Assembly (NCBI GenBank): GCA_964016885.1 | Contig: OZ024766.1 | Coordinates: 7,440,001-7,504,000, forward strand | Direction of reading: 5' to 3' | Source of the DNA: Eledone cirrhosa | Taxonomy: Eukaryota | Length of the DNA: 64,000 nucleotides | Made by a program: the position numbers and the translations under genes | Shown: piece after piece, positions 41,850 to 56,884 of the stretch | Layout: each line of letters opens with the position of its first letter | How positions within the stretch are numbered: the stretch's first letter is position 1 | Notes under the pieces: generated by a model | What the model saw: the letters and a program-made list of their open reading frames with translations, nothing else | The model's database searches: none | Told to the model about the DNA's origin: nothing

Positions 41850-42790
41850 GTCTGTTTGTCTATCTGTGGAGAGAATGGCCCGAGTGATTGGGCCTTCTCT
41901 GTATATAAGCCTGTAGGTTGAAGAAGAGAGCAAAAGGAAGAAAGGAGCACTTGCACAACACGCTCCTGGAGTTGAGGGTTGTTATATCTACGGGGTATTA
42001 AACAACCTATTTGTGGCGCCTCCCCCCTATTGGGGATTTCGATTGCTATATTTGTTTGTTTTATAATTTTTACACGACTGTATGTAAAATCCCCGGCACG
42101 TGTCTTTGTATTGTCCCCTTTTCTTGTGCGCCCTTGTGGCAAATAAAGAAATCTATCTGTCTACCTATCTGTGGAGAGAATGGCTCGAGTGATTGGGCCT
42201 TCTCTGTATATAAGCCTGTAGGTTGAAGAAGAGAGCAAAAGGAAGAAAGGAGCACTTGCACAACACGCTCCTGGAGTTGAGGGTTGTTCTATCTACGGGG
42301 TATTAAACCCATTTGTGGTGCCTCCCCCCTATTGGGGATTTCGATTGCTATATTTGTTTGTTTTATAATTTTTACACGACTGTATGTAAAATCCCCGGCA
42401 CGTGTCTTTGTATTGTCCCCTTTTCTTGTGCGCCCTTGTGGCAAATAAAGAAATCTATCTGTCTACCTATCTGTGGAGAGAATGGCCCGAGTGATTGGGC
42501 CTTCTCTGTATATAAACCTGTAGGTTAAAGAAGAGAGCAAAAGGAAGAAAGGAGCACTTGCACAACACGCTCCTGAAGTTGAGGGTTGTTCTATCTATGG
42601 GGTATTAAACAACCTATTTGTGGTGCCTCCCCCCTATTGGGGATTTCGATTGTTATATTTGTTTGTTTTATATTTTTTACACGACTGTATGTAAAATCCC
42701 CGGCATGTCTTTGTATTGTCCCCTTTTCTTGTGCGCCCTTGTGGCAAATAAAGAAATCTATCTGTCTACCTATCTATATATCTCTTTGTC
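41850..42790. repeat. ~305-bp tandem triplication
   Basis: tatctgtggagagaatggc..gtggcaaataaagaaatctatc x3. Confidence 0.9.
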
Positions 42791-43240
42791 TGTCTGTCTA
42801 GCTGTTTATCATTTTATCTTTGTCTGTCAATCTATCTATCTATATAGGAAAATGTTCAAGACCCCGACGGCAGAGCCCAAGCCGTTTCGACGGCTATTTC
42901 TGGACTGAAATGGCCGTCGAAACGGCTTGAGCTCTGCCGTCGGGGTGATGAACATTTTCCTATTACCCACTCTACTACCCTAAGTATTGAGTACTCTGCT
43001 GCGTTATGGTCCACCTGGTTCCTTACCACATTTCCTTCGTTATATATATACTTTAGGCACAAGGTCAGCAATTACCCAGTACATTACTGGTACTTTATTT
43101 TATCGACCTCCGTATGGATGAAAGGCGAAGTCAACCTCGGCGGGATTTGAACTCAGATCGTAAAGGGACGTAACTCTGCTGGAAAGCATGGCGTCCGACC
43201 CTCCACCGATACTGCCAATCCACCGCCCTTAATCTGAATT

Positions 43241-43280
<40 letters not shown>

Positions 43281-43297
43281 GCCGATATTACTTCTTG

Positions 43298-43352
43298 TTT
43301 TAATTGCCCTGATGAGTCCTTAATAGGACGAAACATTGTCGGCTAATAAAGA
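43298..43352 (+). ncRNA. Canonical minimal type I hammerhead ribozyme
   Basis: GCC-CTGATGA-GTCC-ttaata-GGAC-GAAAC-att-GTC-GGC; all core nucleotides present; predicted cleavage after 43340. Confidence 0.8.
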
Positions 43353-43651
43353 CTTTTGATGTATTGAAGGCTTCTCGAAACGGCAAGAGATCAACTGTGA
43401 GAGTCCGACTGTCTAACACACATATATATATATAGGAACGAGTAGGACCCCGACGGCTTGAGCTCAGCCGTGGGGGTCCTACTCGTTCCTATTACCCACT
43501 CTACTACCCTAAGTATTGAGTACTTTGGTGCGTTATGGTCCACCTGGTTCATTACCACATTTCCTTCGTTATATATATATTTATATTTATTTATAAATAG
43601 CACTGTAGCCTACATAAAACACTCTCCTTTCCTTTACTACGGAAACACTTA

Positions 43652-43712
<61 letters not shown>

Positions 43713-43807
43713 GAAGAGATATTTAATTTGTTGGAAATCCAACAAATATAGATGTTTATAACTGATTCAGAGCACTCGACAAGTTTCTGGACTAAATATT
43801 CAATGAT

Positions 43808-44715
<908 letters not shown>

Positions 44716-44985
44716 TATAACGAAGGAGTTGAGTAAGGGAACCAGATGGACCATAACGCACCAGAGTACTCAATACTTAGGGTAATATACATGAAAAGAT
44801 TCGGGACCCCGACGGCTGAGCTAGATCCGAACTATATATATATCTAGTATTAAAAAGATCGGAAGCCACAATCAGTTACACAGAGAGAGAGAGAGAGAGA
44901 GAGAGGTGAGGGGGGGGGGTATTTAAATAGATAGATAGATATGTATGTATACATAGATTGACAGATAGATGAATATACGCAAAGA

Positions 44986-45016
<31 letters not shown>

Positions 45017-45094
45017 CTTATATATAGTCACTTATATATTATGAATTACTGTTGGCTTCTTTCTCACATTAATTTCTCTATTTTCATTTATATA

Positions 45095-45137
<43 letters not shown>

Positions 45138-45369
45138 GTGTGTATGTATGTGTGTGTGTGTGCATGTGTGTGTATATATCCGTATATGGTTGACGGCTGA
45201 GAGAAAAGAGTATTCAATACCTCAAGTAGAGATGCCTGATGACCCTGTGATAAACAGGCGAAACTCCTGAGTAACAGCACTCACTATTTACCCTCAATAA
45301 AAACTAAAAACGAACACATATATTTACATATATATATATATATATACATACATACATACATACATACAT

Positions 45370-45400
<31 letters not shown>

Positions 45401-45688
45401 GGAACGCGTAGGACCCCGACGGCTCAGCTCAAGCCGTTTCGACGGTTAATTCTGGACTGAATTAGCCGTCGAAACGGCTTGAGCTCAGCCGTCGGGGTCC
45501 TACTCGTTCCTATTACCCACTCTACTACCCCAAGTATTGAGTACTTTGATGCGTTATGGTCCACCTGGTTCCTTCGTTATATATATATATATATACACAT
45601 ACATACATATATATATACACACACACACACATATATATACACACACACACATATATATACACACACACATATATATACACACACATAT

Positions 45689-45720
<32 letters not shown>

Positions 45721-45756
45721 TATATATATATATATATACACACATACATATATACA

Positions 45757-45800
<44 letters not shown>

Positions 45801-45802
45801 AT

Positions 45803-45903
45803 ACAGGATGTCCCCAAAAACGTATACACACTTCAGCAGCATTTCTAATGAATATGCCTGTACAGGTAATCAACGTGTGTATACATTTTTTGGAGACACC
45901 CTG
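45803..45903. mobile_element. Tc1/mariner-like MITE
   Basis: ta-CAGGATGTCCCCAAAAACGTATACACAC...GTGTGTATACATTTTTTGGAGACACCCTG-ta. Confidence 0.7.
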
Positions 45904-45935
45904 TATATATATATATATAGAGAGAGAGAGAGATC

Positions 45936-45968
<33 letters not shown>

Positions 45969-45970
45969 TC

Positions 45971-46003
<33 letters not shown>

Positions 46004-46639
46004 AAGATCATATATATATATATATGTGTGTGTGTATGTATATATATATATATACATACACACATAGAAGTTTATAAAACTACTTTTAGTAAAGGAATCG
46101 TCCTTCGTTTAAGCAAGGAGAAAGCCCAACTACCCCTAAAAATAGCCGGGTAACTTACCATTCTGCCGTTCTGATCCTCTGGTTCGGGTGGGAACCGTCT
46201 TTCGGGTATATAATGTCTCGACATGGATGGAGTGAGTGTATAGAAAGGTGAGAAAAAAAAAATGGTTGGTAAAATGCGAAACTAAAAGTTGCCAGCCCTG
46301 TACGTTTACCCCATACTGAAAGTAGTATAGTAACTGAAAGTACGAAACTCAACTTACGCATACAGGTAAAATTCCGTTATAAGAAATACCCTTATATATG
46401 CATATATACACACACACACTATATATATATATATATATCTTTATATATATTATATCTATATATAGACACACACATATATATATATATACACATATACACA
46501 TATATACACACACACACATATATACACACACACACATATATACACACACACACACACACACATATACATATATACAATATATTAATAAATGGAAACTATA
46601 TTTATAAAACCATATTTATTTTATTATACATTTCAAATA

Positions 46640-47315
46640 TATATCTCTTTCTTAATTCCTCTCTATCTTTTAAAGTCAATAAAAAAAAGTACCAGTCAAA
46701 TACTGGGGGTCGAATCTTCCTCTATATCTCTTTCTTAATTCCTCTCTATCTTTCGAAGTCGATAAAAAAAGTACCAGTCAAATACTGGGGTCGAATCTTA
46801 CTCTATATCTCTTTCTTAATTCCTTTCTATCTTTTAAAGTCAATAAAAAAAGTACCAGTCAAATACTTGGGTCGAATCTCCCTCTATATCTCTTTCTTAA
46901 TTCCTTTCTATCTTTTAAAGTCAATAAAAAAAGTACCAGTGAAATACTTGGGTCGAATCTTCCTCTATATCTCTTTCTTAATTCCTCTCTATCTTTTGAA
47001 GTCAATAAAAAAAGTACCAGTCAAATACTGGGGTCGAATCTTCCTCTATATCTCTTTCTTAATTCCTTTCTATCTTTCAAAGTCGATAAAAAAAGTACCA
47101 GTCAAATACTGGGGTCAAATCTCCCTCTATATCTCTTTCTTAATTCCTCTCTATCTTTCAAAGTCAATAAAAAAAGTACCAGTCAAATACTGAGGTCGAA
47201 TCTCCCTCTATATCTCTTTCTTAATTCCTTTCTATCTTTCGAGGTCAATAAAAAAAGTACCAGTCAAGTACTGGGGTCGAATCTTCCTCTATATCTCTTT
47301 CTCACTTTCTATCTT
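46640..47315. repeat. ~81-bp SINE-derived minisatellite (~8 copies)
   Basis: aaaaaaagtaccagtcaaatactggggtcgaatc matches the reverse complement of the SINE segment near 27730-27765. Confidence 0.8.
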
Positions 47316-47819
47316 TCTCTGGAAGAAATCTGCTGTACTTGGGTCTGGAGAAGGAAGGGCTCTGCCAGGCTTAAAATGCCCAAGAAACACTGTATGTCAA
47401 TACAGCTCTCCGACTCTAATCAGGAGTTATGAGACCATACACATATCTGTATAATTTTATACTCTGGTAGGGTCATGCAGCCAATAAAAACTCACACATG
47501 TTGGATTTCACTTCAATTTATTACTGTAATTTCCCAGTCAGTTGGTTTAATAATCTCTTGGCTGTTTAGTTTTTGATTTGTCATTCAAAGCTCTTTTGTC
47601 ACACTTCTGTTACCTCCTCAGTGACTAAATTTGTTGTTACTTTGTCTCTCTCTTTTGTTCTGTCTTTCACCCTCTTCCGTCATTTTTGTTGTTGTTGTTG
47701 TTGTTGTTGTTGAATCAGCAGTCTGAAGAGCAGATCAATAATGGAGTCATATCCATAATTTCTATGGGTAACCTTGAGCCGATCCTCTGTGAAACATGCT
47801 CCACGGGTCGATCATCATC

Positions 47820-48715
47820 ATCAGCAGCATTGTTTAACATCTATCTTCCACGCTAGCATGGGTTAGAAGGGTTTGTCCCATTTGAGGCAAGTTGGGTCGG
47901 GTGACCATGTCTTGCGCACATAGGAGGGTTTCTGGCTGGTTTTCTATGCCCTTCCTAACACCAACGATGTTTACAGTGTGGACTGGGTGCTTTTTGTTGT
48001 GACACCTACATGACCACTTTACAGTGTGGACTGGGTGCTTTTTGTCGTGACACCTACATGACCACTTTACAGTGTGGACTGGGTGCTTTTTGTTGTGACA
48101 CCTACATGACCACTTTACAGTGTGGACTGGGTGCTTTTTGTCATGACACCTACATGACCACTTTACAGTGTGGACTGGGTGCTTTTTGTTGTGACACCTA
48201 CATGACCACTTTACAGTGTGGACTGGGTGCTTTTTGTTGTGACACCTACATGACCACTTTACAGTGTGGACTGGGTGCTTTTTGTTGTGACACCTACATG
48301 ACCACTTTACAGTGTGGACTGGGTACTTTTTGTTGTGACACCTACATGACCACTTTACAAAGTGGACTGGGTGCTGTTTGTCATGACACCTACAGGACCA
48401 CTTTACAGTGTAGACTGGGTGCTTTTTGTCATGACACCTACATGACCACTTTACAGTGTGGACTGGGTGCTTTTTGTCATGACACCTACATGACCACTTT
48501 ACAATGTGGACTGGGTGCTTTCTGTTGTGACACCTACATGACCATTTTACAGTGTGGACTGGGTGCTTTTTGTCATGACACCTACATGACCACTTTACAA
48601 TGTGGACTGGGTGCTTTCTGTCATGACACCTACATGACCACTTTACAGTGTGGACTGGGTACTTTTTGTCATGACACCTACATAACCACTTTACAGTGTG
48701 GACTGGGTGCTTTTA
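47820..48715 (-). mobile_element. SINE 3' half running into a 51-bp array (~15 copies)
   Basis: The tail and cttcctaacaccaac body lead directly into the tandem unit. Confidence 0.85.
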
Positions 48716-48819
48716 CATATGTATATGTATATATATATATATATATACATTTTTATTCTGGGTTCAATCAGGGGTTAACCAAATTAAGTAAGGTACTCAA
48801 TACATAGCAGAGTATAAAT

Positions 48820-48948
48820 ATTTAATATAGAAATGGCTTCTACAGGACTAGAACTGTTTCATTCGAAGGAAATCATCAGGAAAGCTCTGATGATTTCCTT
48901 CGAATGAAACAGTTCTAGTCCTGTAGAAGCCATTTCTATATTAAATAT
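48820..48948. ncRNA. Palindrome of two divergent hammerhead-like motifs
   Basis: Each arm reads CTGATGA-tttccttcgaat-GAAA-cag-ttctagtc-ct-GTA-gaagcc; same family as 23183-24080. Confidence 0.7.
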
Positions 48949-49159
48949 ATATATATATATATATATACCAACACATACTAGTACATGTATGTATATACAA
49001 ACACAGGTGTGTATATAAACAAGACAGTTTCCAAAGAATAAAAGAAGGACTCAACACCAGTTAACAGAGTGGATTATGTAATATATAATATAGTTGAAAT
49101 TTTTAAATGCTACAAATGTACACCATTTCCTCTCTTATAGGAGTTCTTCAGGTATATAT

Positions 49160-49202
<43 letters not shown>

Positions 49203-49378
49203 GTATACATTATATATATAATATATATATATATATAAGTATACATTATATATATAATATATATAATATATATGTATACATTATATAGACAATATATATA
49301 TATATATACACACATTTTATATATATATATACATTATATATATATATACACATTATATATATATATATATATATATAC

Positions 49379-49443
<65 letters not shown>

Positions 49444-49510
49444 TATATATATATATACACATTATATATATATATATATATACACATTATATATATATAT
49501 ATATATATAC

Positions 49511-49557
<47 letters not shown>

Positions 49558-49811
49558 TATATATATATACACACATTATATATATATACACACATTATAT
49601 ATATATACACACATTATATATATATATATATATATATAAATATACATTATATATATATACACACATTATATATATATACATACATATGTTTATATACATA
49701 TATATATATGTATACATATATATATATATGTATACATATATATATATATGTATACATATATATATATATGTATACATATATATATATGTATACATATATA
49801 TATATGTATAC

Positions 49812-49848
<37 letters not shown>

Positions 49849-50530
49849 CATATATATATACATATATATATATATATACATTATATATATGTATACATAT
49901 ATATATACATTATATATATATATATACATATATATATACATTATATATATATATATATACATATATATATACATTATATATATATATACATTATATATAT
50001 ATATATACATATATATATACATTATATATATATATATACATATATATATACATTATATATATATATATACATATATATATACATTATATATATATATATA
50101 CACATATATATATATACACATATATATATATATATGCATTATATATATATATATACATACACACACACATTATATATACATATATATGTATACATATAAA
50201 TGTATACGAACACACACACATTTTGTTGTGTGTATACATTTATATATATAAATACATACACATACATATGTAATATATATATATATATATATATACAAAC
50301 ACATATGTACACACACAACACATATACAAAGAAATACATATACATACATATATATATGTATGCATATATATACATATATATATATATACATATATATATA
50401 TACATATATTTATACATATATATACATATATATATACATATATATATACACATATATATACATATATATATACATATATATACATATATATATACATATA
50501 TATACATATATATATATATGCATATATATG
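49160..50530. repeat. (TA)n/(CA) compound microsatellite downstream of the HMGCS stop
   Basis: About 1.4 kb of near-pure TA/CA. Confidence 0.95.
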
Positions 50531-50603
50531 TGTAAATATGTTGTTTCAAATTATTTTATTTTTAAAATAGTCCCAAACCAAACAAAATTCTAATTCCTCA
50601 ATT

Positions 50604-50630
50604 CTATACAGCTGTTGTGTCCAGGGGTCC
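50604..50630 (-). CDS. HMGCS1: HMG-CoA synthase terminal coding exon (GPLDTTAV*)
   Basis: Strong acceptor ttttcctcttttctctccttacag|; phase 0 fits the preceding exon; AATAAA ~45 nt downstream. Confidence 0.7.
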   Translation of the reverse strand, partial: GPLDTTAV

Positions 50631-50754
50631 CTGTAAGGAGAGAAAAGAGGAAAATATATAAGAAATACCATATATATATACGTATATATACATACATATA
50701 TCATTATCATATCATTTAACGTCCATCTTCCTCGCTAAATCTATCTATGAATCT

Positions 50755-53700
50755 AGGGCGGGTAAAATTCCCGAGATCCATGGACGAGTTCTCTCCAGCG
50801 GTCTCTGTCCTTCATTATCGCTGCCATGTCCTGCGTCTCCAACAGACCAGTGTCTGTCCTTAGGGCATCAACATATGTTAACCTTGGTCTTCCTCTTCAA
50901 GTTTGTCCATGTAGGGGCTCCCACAGGAGTACTGAGTGCAGTGTCAACTCTGGATGTCAGTGAGCATGTCCAGCTAACCTAGTGTGTCCATGTAGGGGCT
51001 CCCACAGGAGCACTGAGTGCAATGTCAACTCTGGATGTCGGTGGGCATGTCCAGCCAACCTAGAGTGTCCATGTAGGGGCTCCCACAGGAGCACTGAGTG
51101 CAATGTCAACTCTGGATGTTGGTGAGCATGTCCAGCTAACCTAGTGTGTCCATGTAGGGGCTCCTACAGGAGCACTGAGTGCAGTGTCAGCTCTGGATGT
51201 CGGTGAGCATGTCCAGCTAACCTAGTGTGTCCATGTAGGGGCTCCCACAGGAGCACTGAGTGCAATGTCAACTCTGGATGTCGGTGGGCATGTCCAGCTA
51301 ACCAGTGTGTCCATGTAGGGGCTCCCACAGGAGCACTGAGTGCAGTGTCAGCTCTGGATGTTGGTGAGCATGTCCAGCTAACCTAGTGTGTCCATGTAGG
51401 GGCTCCCACAGGAGCACTGAGTGCAATGTCAACTCTGGATGTCGGTGAGCATGTCCAGCTAACCTAGTGTGTCCATGTAGGGGCTCCCACAGGAGCACAG
51501 AGTGCAGTGTCAACTCTGGATGTCGGTGAGCATGTCCAGCTAACCTAGTGTGTCCATGTAGGGGCTCCCACAGGAGCACTGAGTGCAGTGTCAGCTCTGG
51601 ATGTCGGTGAGCATGTCCAGCTAACCCAGTGTGTCCATGTAGGGGCTCCCACAGGAGCACTGAGTGCAGTGTCAGCTCTGGATGTCGGTGAGCATGTCCA
51701 GCTAACCCAGTGTGTCCATGTAGGGGCTCCCACAGGAGCACTGAGTGCAGTGTCAACTCTGGATGTCGGTGAGCATGTCCAGCTAACCCAGTGTGTCCAT
51801 GTAGGGGCTCCCACAGGAGCACTGAGTGCAGTGTCAGCTCTGGATGTCGGTGAGCATGTCCAGCTAACCTAGTGTGTCCATGTAGGGGCTCCCACAGGAG
51901 CACTGAGTGCAATGTCAACTCTGGATGTCGGTGAGCATGTCCAGCTAACCTAGTGTGTCCATGTAGGGGCTCCCACAGGAGCACTGAGTGCAGTGTCAAC
52001 TCTGGATGTCGGTGAGCATGTCCAGCTAACCCAGTGTGTCCATGTAGGGGCTCCCACAGGAGCACTGAGTGCAGTGTCAGCTCTGGATGTCGGTGAGCAT
52101 GTCCAGCTAACCTAGTGTGTCCATGTAGGGGCTCCCACAGGAGCACTGAGTGCAATGTCAACTCTGGATGTCGGTGAGCATGTCCAGCTAACCTAGTGTG
52201 TCCATGTAGGGGCTCCCACAGGAGCACTGAGTGCAGTGTCAACTCTGGATGTCGGTGAGCATGTCCAGCTAACCCAGTGTGTCCATGTAGGGGCTCCCAC
52301 AGGAGCACTGAGTGCAGTGTCAGCTCTGGATGTCGGTGAGCATGTCCAGCTAACCTAGTGTGTCCATGTAGGGGCTCCCACAGGAGCACTGAGTGCAATG
52401 TCAACTCTGGATGTCGGTGAGCATGTCAAGCTAACCTAGTGTGTCCATGTAGGGGCTCCCACAGGAGCACTGAGTGCAGTGTCAACTCTGGATGTCGGTG
52501 AGCATGTCCAGCTAACCCAGTGTGTCCATGTAGGGGCTCCCACAGGAGCACTGAGTGCAGTGTCAGCTCTGGATGTCGGTGAGCATGTCCAGCTAACCTA
52601 GTGTGTCCATGTAGGGGCTCCCACAGGAGCACTGAGTGCAATGTCAACTCTGGATGTCGGTGAGCATGTCCAGCTAACCTAGTGTGTCCATGTAGGGGCT
52701 CCCACAGGAGCACTGAGTGCAGTGTCAACTCTGGATGTCGGTGAGCATGTCCAGCTAACCTAGTGTGTCCATGTAGGGGCTCCCACAGGAGCACTGAGTG
52801 CAGTGTCAGCTCTGGATGTCGGTGAGCATGTCCAGCTAACCTAGTGTGTCCATGTAGGGGCTCCCACAGGAGCACTGAGTGCAATGTCAACTCTGGATGT
52901 CGGTGAGCATGTCCAGCTAACCTAGTGTGTCCATGTAGGGGCTCCCACAGGAGCACTGAGTGCAGTGTCAACTCTGGATGTCGGTGAGCATGTCCAGCTA
53001 ACCTAGTGTGTCCATGTAGGGGCTCCCACAGGAGCACTGAGTGCAGTGTCAGCTCTGGATGTCGGTGAGCATGTCCAGCTAACCCAGTGTGTCCATGTAG
53101 GGGCTCCCACAGGAGCACTGAGTGCAGTGTCAGCTCTGGATGTCGGTGAGCATGTCCAGCTAACCCAGTGTGTCCATGTAGGGGCTCCCACAGGAGCACT
53201 GAGTGCAGTGTCAACTCTGGATGTCGGTGAGCATGTCCAGCTAACCCAGTGTGTCCATGTAGGGGCTCCCACAGGAGCACTGAGTGCAGTGTCAGCTCTG
53301 GATGTCGGTGAGCATGTCCAGCTAACCCAGTGTGTCCATGTAGGGGCTCCCACAGGAGCACTGAGTGCAGTGTCAGCTCTGGATGTCGGTGAGCATGTCC
53401 AGCTAACCCAGTGTGTCCATGTAGGGGCTCCCACAGGAGCACTGAGTGCAGTGTCAACTCTGGATGTCGGTGAGCATGTCCAGCTAACCTAGTGTGTCCA
53501 TGTAGGGGCTCCCACAGGAGCACTGAGTGCAGTGTCAGCTCTGGATGTCGGTGAGCATGTCCAGCTAACCCAGTGTGTCCATGTAGGGGCTCCCACAGGA
53601 GTACTGAGTGCAGTGTCAGCTCTGGATGTCGGTGAGCATGTCCAGCTAACCTAGTGTGTCCATGTAGGGGCTCCCACAGGAGCACTGAGTGCAGTGTCAA

Positions 53701-54085
53701 CTCTGGATGTCGGTGAGCATGTCCAGCTAACCTAGTGTGTCCATGTAGGGGCTCCCACAGGAGTACTGAGTGCAGTGTCAGCTCTGGATGTCGGTGAGCA
53801 TGTCCAGCTAACCCAGTGTGTCCATGTAGGGGCTCCCACAGGAGCACTGAGTGCAGTGTCAGCTCTGGATGTCGGTGAGCATGTCCAGCTAACCCAGTGT
53901 GTCCATGTAGGGGCTCCCACAGGAGCACTGAGTGCAGTGTCAACTCTGGATGTCGGTGAGCATGTACAGCTAACCTAGTGTGTCCATGTAGGGGCTCCCA
54001 CAGGAGCACTGAGTGCAGTGTCAACTCTGGATGTCGGTGAACATGTCCAGCTAACCTCAGTCACCTCTGTGCTACTTTTGAGCTG
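50755..54085 (-). mobile_element. RTE/RTEX-like LINE 3' fragment containing an 81-bp array (50903-54057, ~39 copies)
   Basis: Unit = RLAGHAHRHPELTLHSVLLWEPLHGHT; both flanks continue as in the unexpanded copy at 21072-21330. Confidence 0.95.
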
Positions 54086-54104
54086 ATTTTGGGAGGCTAC
54101 TGTA

Positions 54105-54394
54105 CAGATCTGAGTTCGTCATCCTTAGTGTATACTGATCAATGTTCAATGGACTATTGTATGTGCCTTGAGCTGGAGAAACACCAGGACTCTGGCTTTA
54201 CTGTAGCACCGGCTCAGAGCAGAAGAGTTAAGGAGAAAAAGATATTGGATGCTGAATTTGCCGACGACATAGTTTTGTTGACAAGTACAGTGAAGGAGAC
54301 AGAGGATTTGATGCGGGAGGTGGAGACTGTGTCATTGACTGTGGGGCTGAGAATGAATGAGATTAAGACAAAATATCTGGTAGAGAATATATAA
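54105..54394 (+). mobile_element. LINE reverse transcriptase fragment
   Basis: ILDAEFADDIVLLTSTVKETEDLMREVETVSLTVGLRMNEIKTKY (FADD catalytic motif and GL.MN..KTK). Confidence 0.9.
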
Positions 54395-54401
54395 TATATA
54401 C

Positions 54402-55160
54402 GTGTGTGCAGGAGAGAAGACTGAGATGGTATGGACATTTGATGTACATGGAGGATGATTGCTGGGTAAAGAAGTGCCAAGAAATCCCAGTGGAAGGAAG
54501 ATGTAGTAGAGGAAGACCACGTAAAACATGAGTGGAAGTGGTGAGAGAGAGAAACTGTGTATAAGAGGGATAAGCTGTAGTGTGCAGCAGAGAAGACTGA
54601 GATGGTATGGACATGTGATGAGTTGAGAGAGAAACTGTGTATAAGAGGGATAAGTTGTAGTGTGTAGGAGAGGAGACTGAGATGGTATGGACATGTGATG
54701 AGTTGAGAGAGAAACTGTGTATAAGAGGGATAAGTTGTGGTGTGCAGGAGAGAAGATTGCGCTGGTATGGACATGTGATCAGTTGAGAGAGAAACTGTGT
54801 ATAAGAGGGATAAGTTGTGGTGTGCAGGAGAGAAGACTAAGATGGTATGGACATGTGATGAGGTGAGAGAGAAACTGTGTATAAGAGGGATAAGCTGTAG
54901 TATGCGGGAGAGAAGACTGAGATGGTATGGACATGTGATGCGCAAGGAGGATGATGGCTGGGTAAAGAAGTGCCAAGAAATCCAAGTAGAGGAAGACCAC
55001 GAAAAAACGTGGGCGGAGGTGGTGAGAGCAGACCTCAGATCGCTGAAGCTCACAGAGGAGATGACGAAGGACTGTGACAAGTGGAGAGATGCTGTGCTGA
55101 ATAGGACCCGCCCCACCCTTGCAAGCAGGGAAAAGTGGACATAAAATAATGATGATGATG
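54402..55160 (+). mobile_element. RTE LINE 3' end with an 80-bp array (54540-54940)
   Basis: RRLRWYGHVMRKEDDGWVKKC; (ATG)n tail. Confidence 0.9.
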
Positions 55161-55177
55161 TCTATATAAAAAGTTAC

Positions 55178-55329
55178 CTGTGTCACATTCTCCCCATCAT
55201 TGGTGTGTTCATGAGAAGAGTCCGTGCGAGGCTTCTGGGCGTATTTCCGTCGATGTTTCTCGTCTACTTCGGTCAGGTAAAAAGTACCAGGAAACAGGTG
55301 CTCCGTACATCCAACAGGAACATAAGGGG
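55178..55329 (-). CDS. HMGCS1: HMG-CoA synthase exon
   Basis: (A)PYVPVGCTEHLFPGTFYLTEVDEKHRRKYAQKPRT...; the LF.GT.YL..VDEKHRR.Y motif is conserved. Sites gacag| and cag|gtaact; 152 nt. Confidence 0.95.
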
Positions 55330-55379
55330 CTGTCGTAGATAGAGAAAGGGGTTAGACTGTGGTGGTGTGTTGATGGTGG

Positions 55380-55921
55380 CACACACAGACACACTCACAC
55401 AGACACACAGACACACATACAGACACACACACATACAGACACAGAAACACACACACACAAGCATGCTTACACAGAAACACACAAACACATACTTACACAC
55501 ACAAGCACATACACACAGAAACACACACACACATACATACACAGCTCTAAATGCACACACACATCTCGCTCTAAATACATACACACAAGTACACACACAC
55601 ACACACACACACGAACATACATACACACACACCGCTCTAAATACATTCACCAAAACACATACATACATACATATATATATATACACACAGCTCTAAATAC
55701 ACCACATACACACACATAAGTACACACACTCACCAACACACATACATATACACAGCTCTAGATACACACATACACACACAAGCACACACACACAGACCCT
55801 GCTCTAAATACACTCATACACACACAAGCACACACACACAGACAAGAACACAAGAACACACAAACACACACACACAAGAACATACATACACACACACCGT
55901 TCTAAATACATTCACCAACAC

Positions 55922-55964
<43 letters not shown>

Positions 55965-56536
55965 GCTGTAAATACACCACATACACAGAGGTACACACAT
56001 ACACACACACACACTCACCAACACACATACATATACACACATACACACACAGACAAGGACACACATTCACACACACACACAGACAAGAACACACAGACAC
56101 ACACACACAGACAAGAACACACAAGCACACACACACAGACAATAACACACAAGCACACACAGACAAGAACACACAAGCACACACACACAGACAAGAACAC
56201 ACAAGCACACACACAGACAAGAACACACACACAGACAATAACACACAAGCACACACACACAGACAATAACACACAAGCACACAGACAATAACACACAAGC
56301 ACACACACACAGACAATAACACACAAGCACACACACACAGACAATAACACACAAGCACACACACACAGACAATAACACACAAGCACACACACACAGACAA
56401 GAACACACAAGCACACACACACAGACAATAACACACAAGCACACACACACAAACAGACACACACATCCTGCTCTAAATACACTCATACACACAGACAAGA
56501 ACACACAAGCACACACACACATCCTGCTCTAAATAC
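55380..56536. repeat. CA-rich compound repeat filling the intron
   Basis: (CA)n with recurring gctctaaatacac and agacaa(g/t)aacacacaagc units. Confidence 0.9.
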
Positions 56537-56542
56537 ACTCAC

Positions 56543-56775
56543 CCCGGTGATGTGTTCCTTCCCGTAGCTTGAGAATTTTCTCGAATTCCTCTGGACTATA
56601 TTTCACACGGGAGTTCAGCCTAGTTTTGATGGAATCCAGGGATGTGTGGAGTTTCTTCAGGGCTGACCCACTGGAATTGTCGTGGGTGATGCGCAGAGAA
56701 AACATCGAAGAGGCCAGGCCAGAACCATAGGAGAAGAGGACTATTCTTTGACCAGGAAGATCTGCAAGAGATTGG
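56543..56775 (-). CDS. HMGCS1: HMG-CoA synthase exon
   Basis: QSLADLPGQRIVLFSYGSGLASSMFSLRI...LREGTHHR, with the FSYGSG signature. Sites ttacag| and g|gtgagt; 233 nt. Confidence 0.97.
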
Positions 56776-56884
56776 CTGTAATGGAAGAACAATAAATAGG
56801 AATGTTTTTGACTGCTGTTTCTTGTAAACAGACATGCATCTCATTCTGACGTCACCAGCCATGTCTCTCCATCATTCATCATTC

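Noticed and set aside
45225-45290. Active hammerhead at 45236
   Set aside because: The core is present but helix I is out of register after GUA; counted only as degenerate.
47330-47560. Possible host exon
   Set aside because: Frames are interrupted; a weak resemblance to a Penelope endonuclease C-terminus (ETLYVN..PTL) next to a hammerhead remnant suggests transposon debris.
51298-54024. 368- and 532-aa His-rich repeat ORFs
   Set aside because: Frame inherited from a LINE ORF2 through an 81-bp unit; broken by a stop and an indel; intronic, with no splice or start context.
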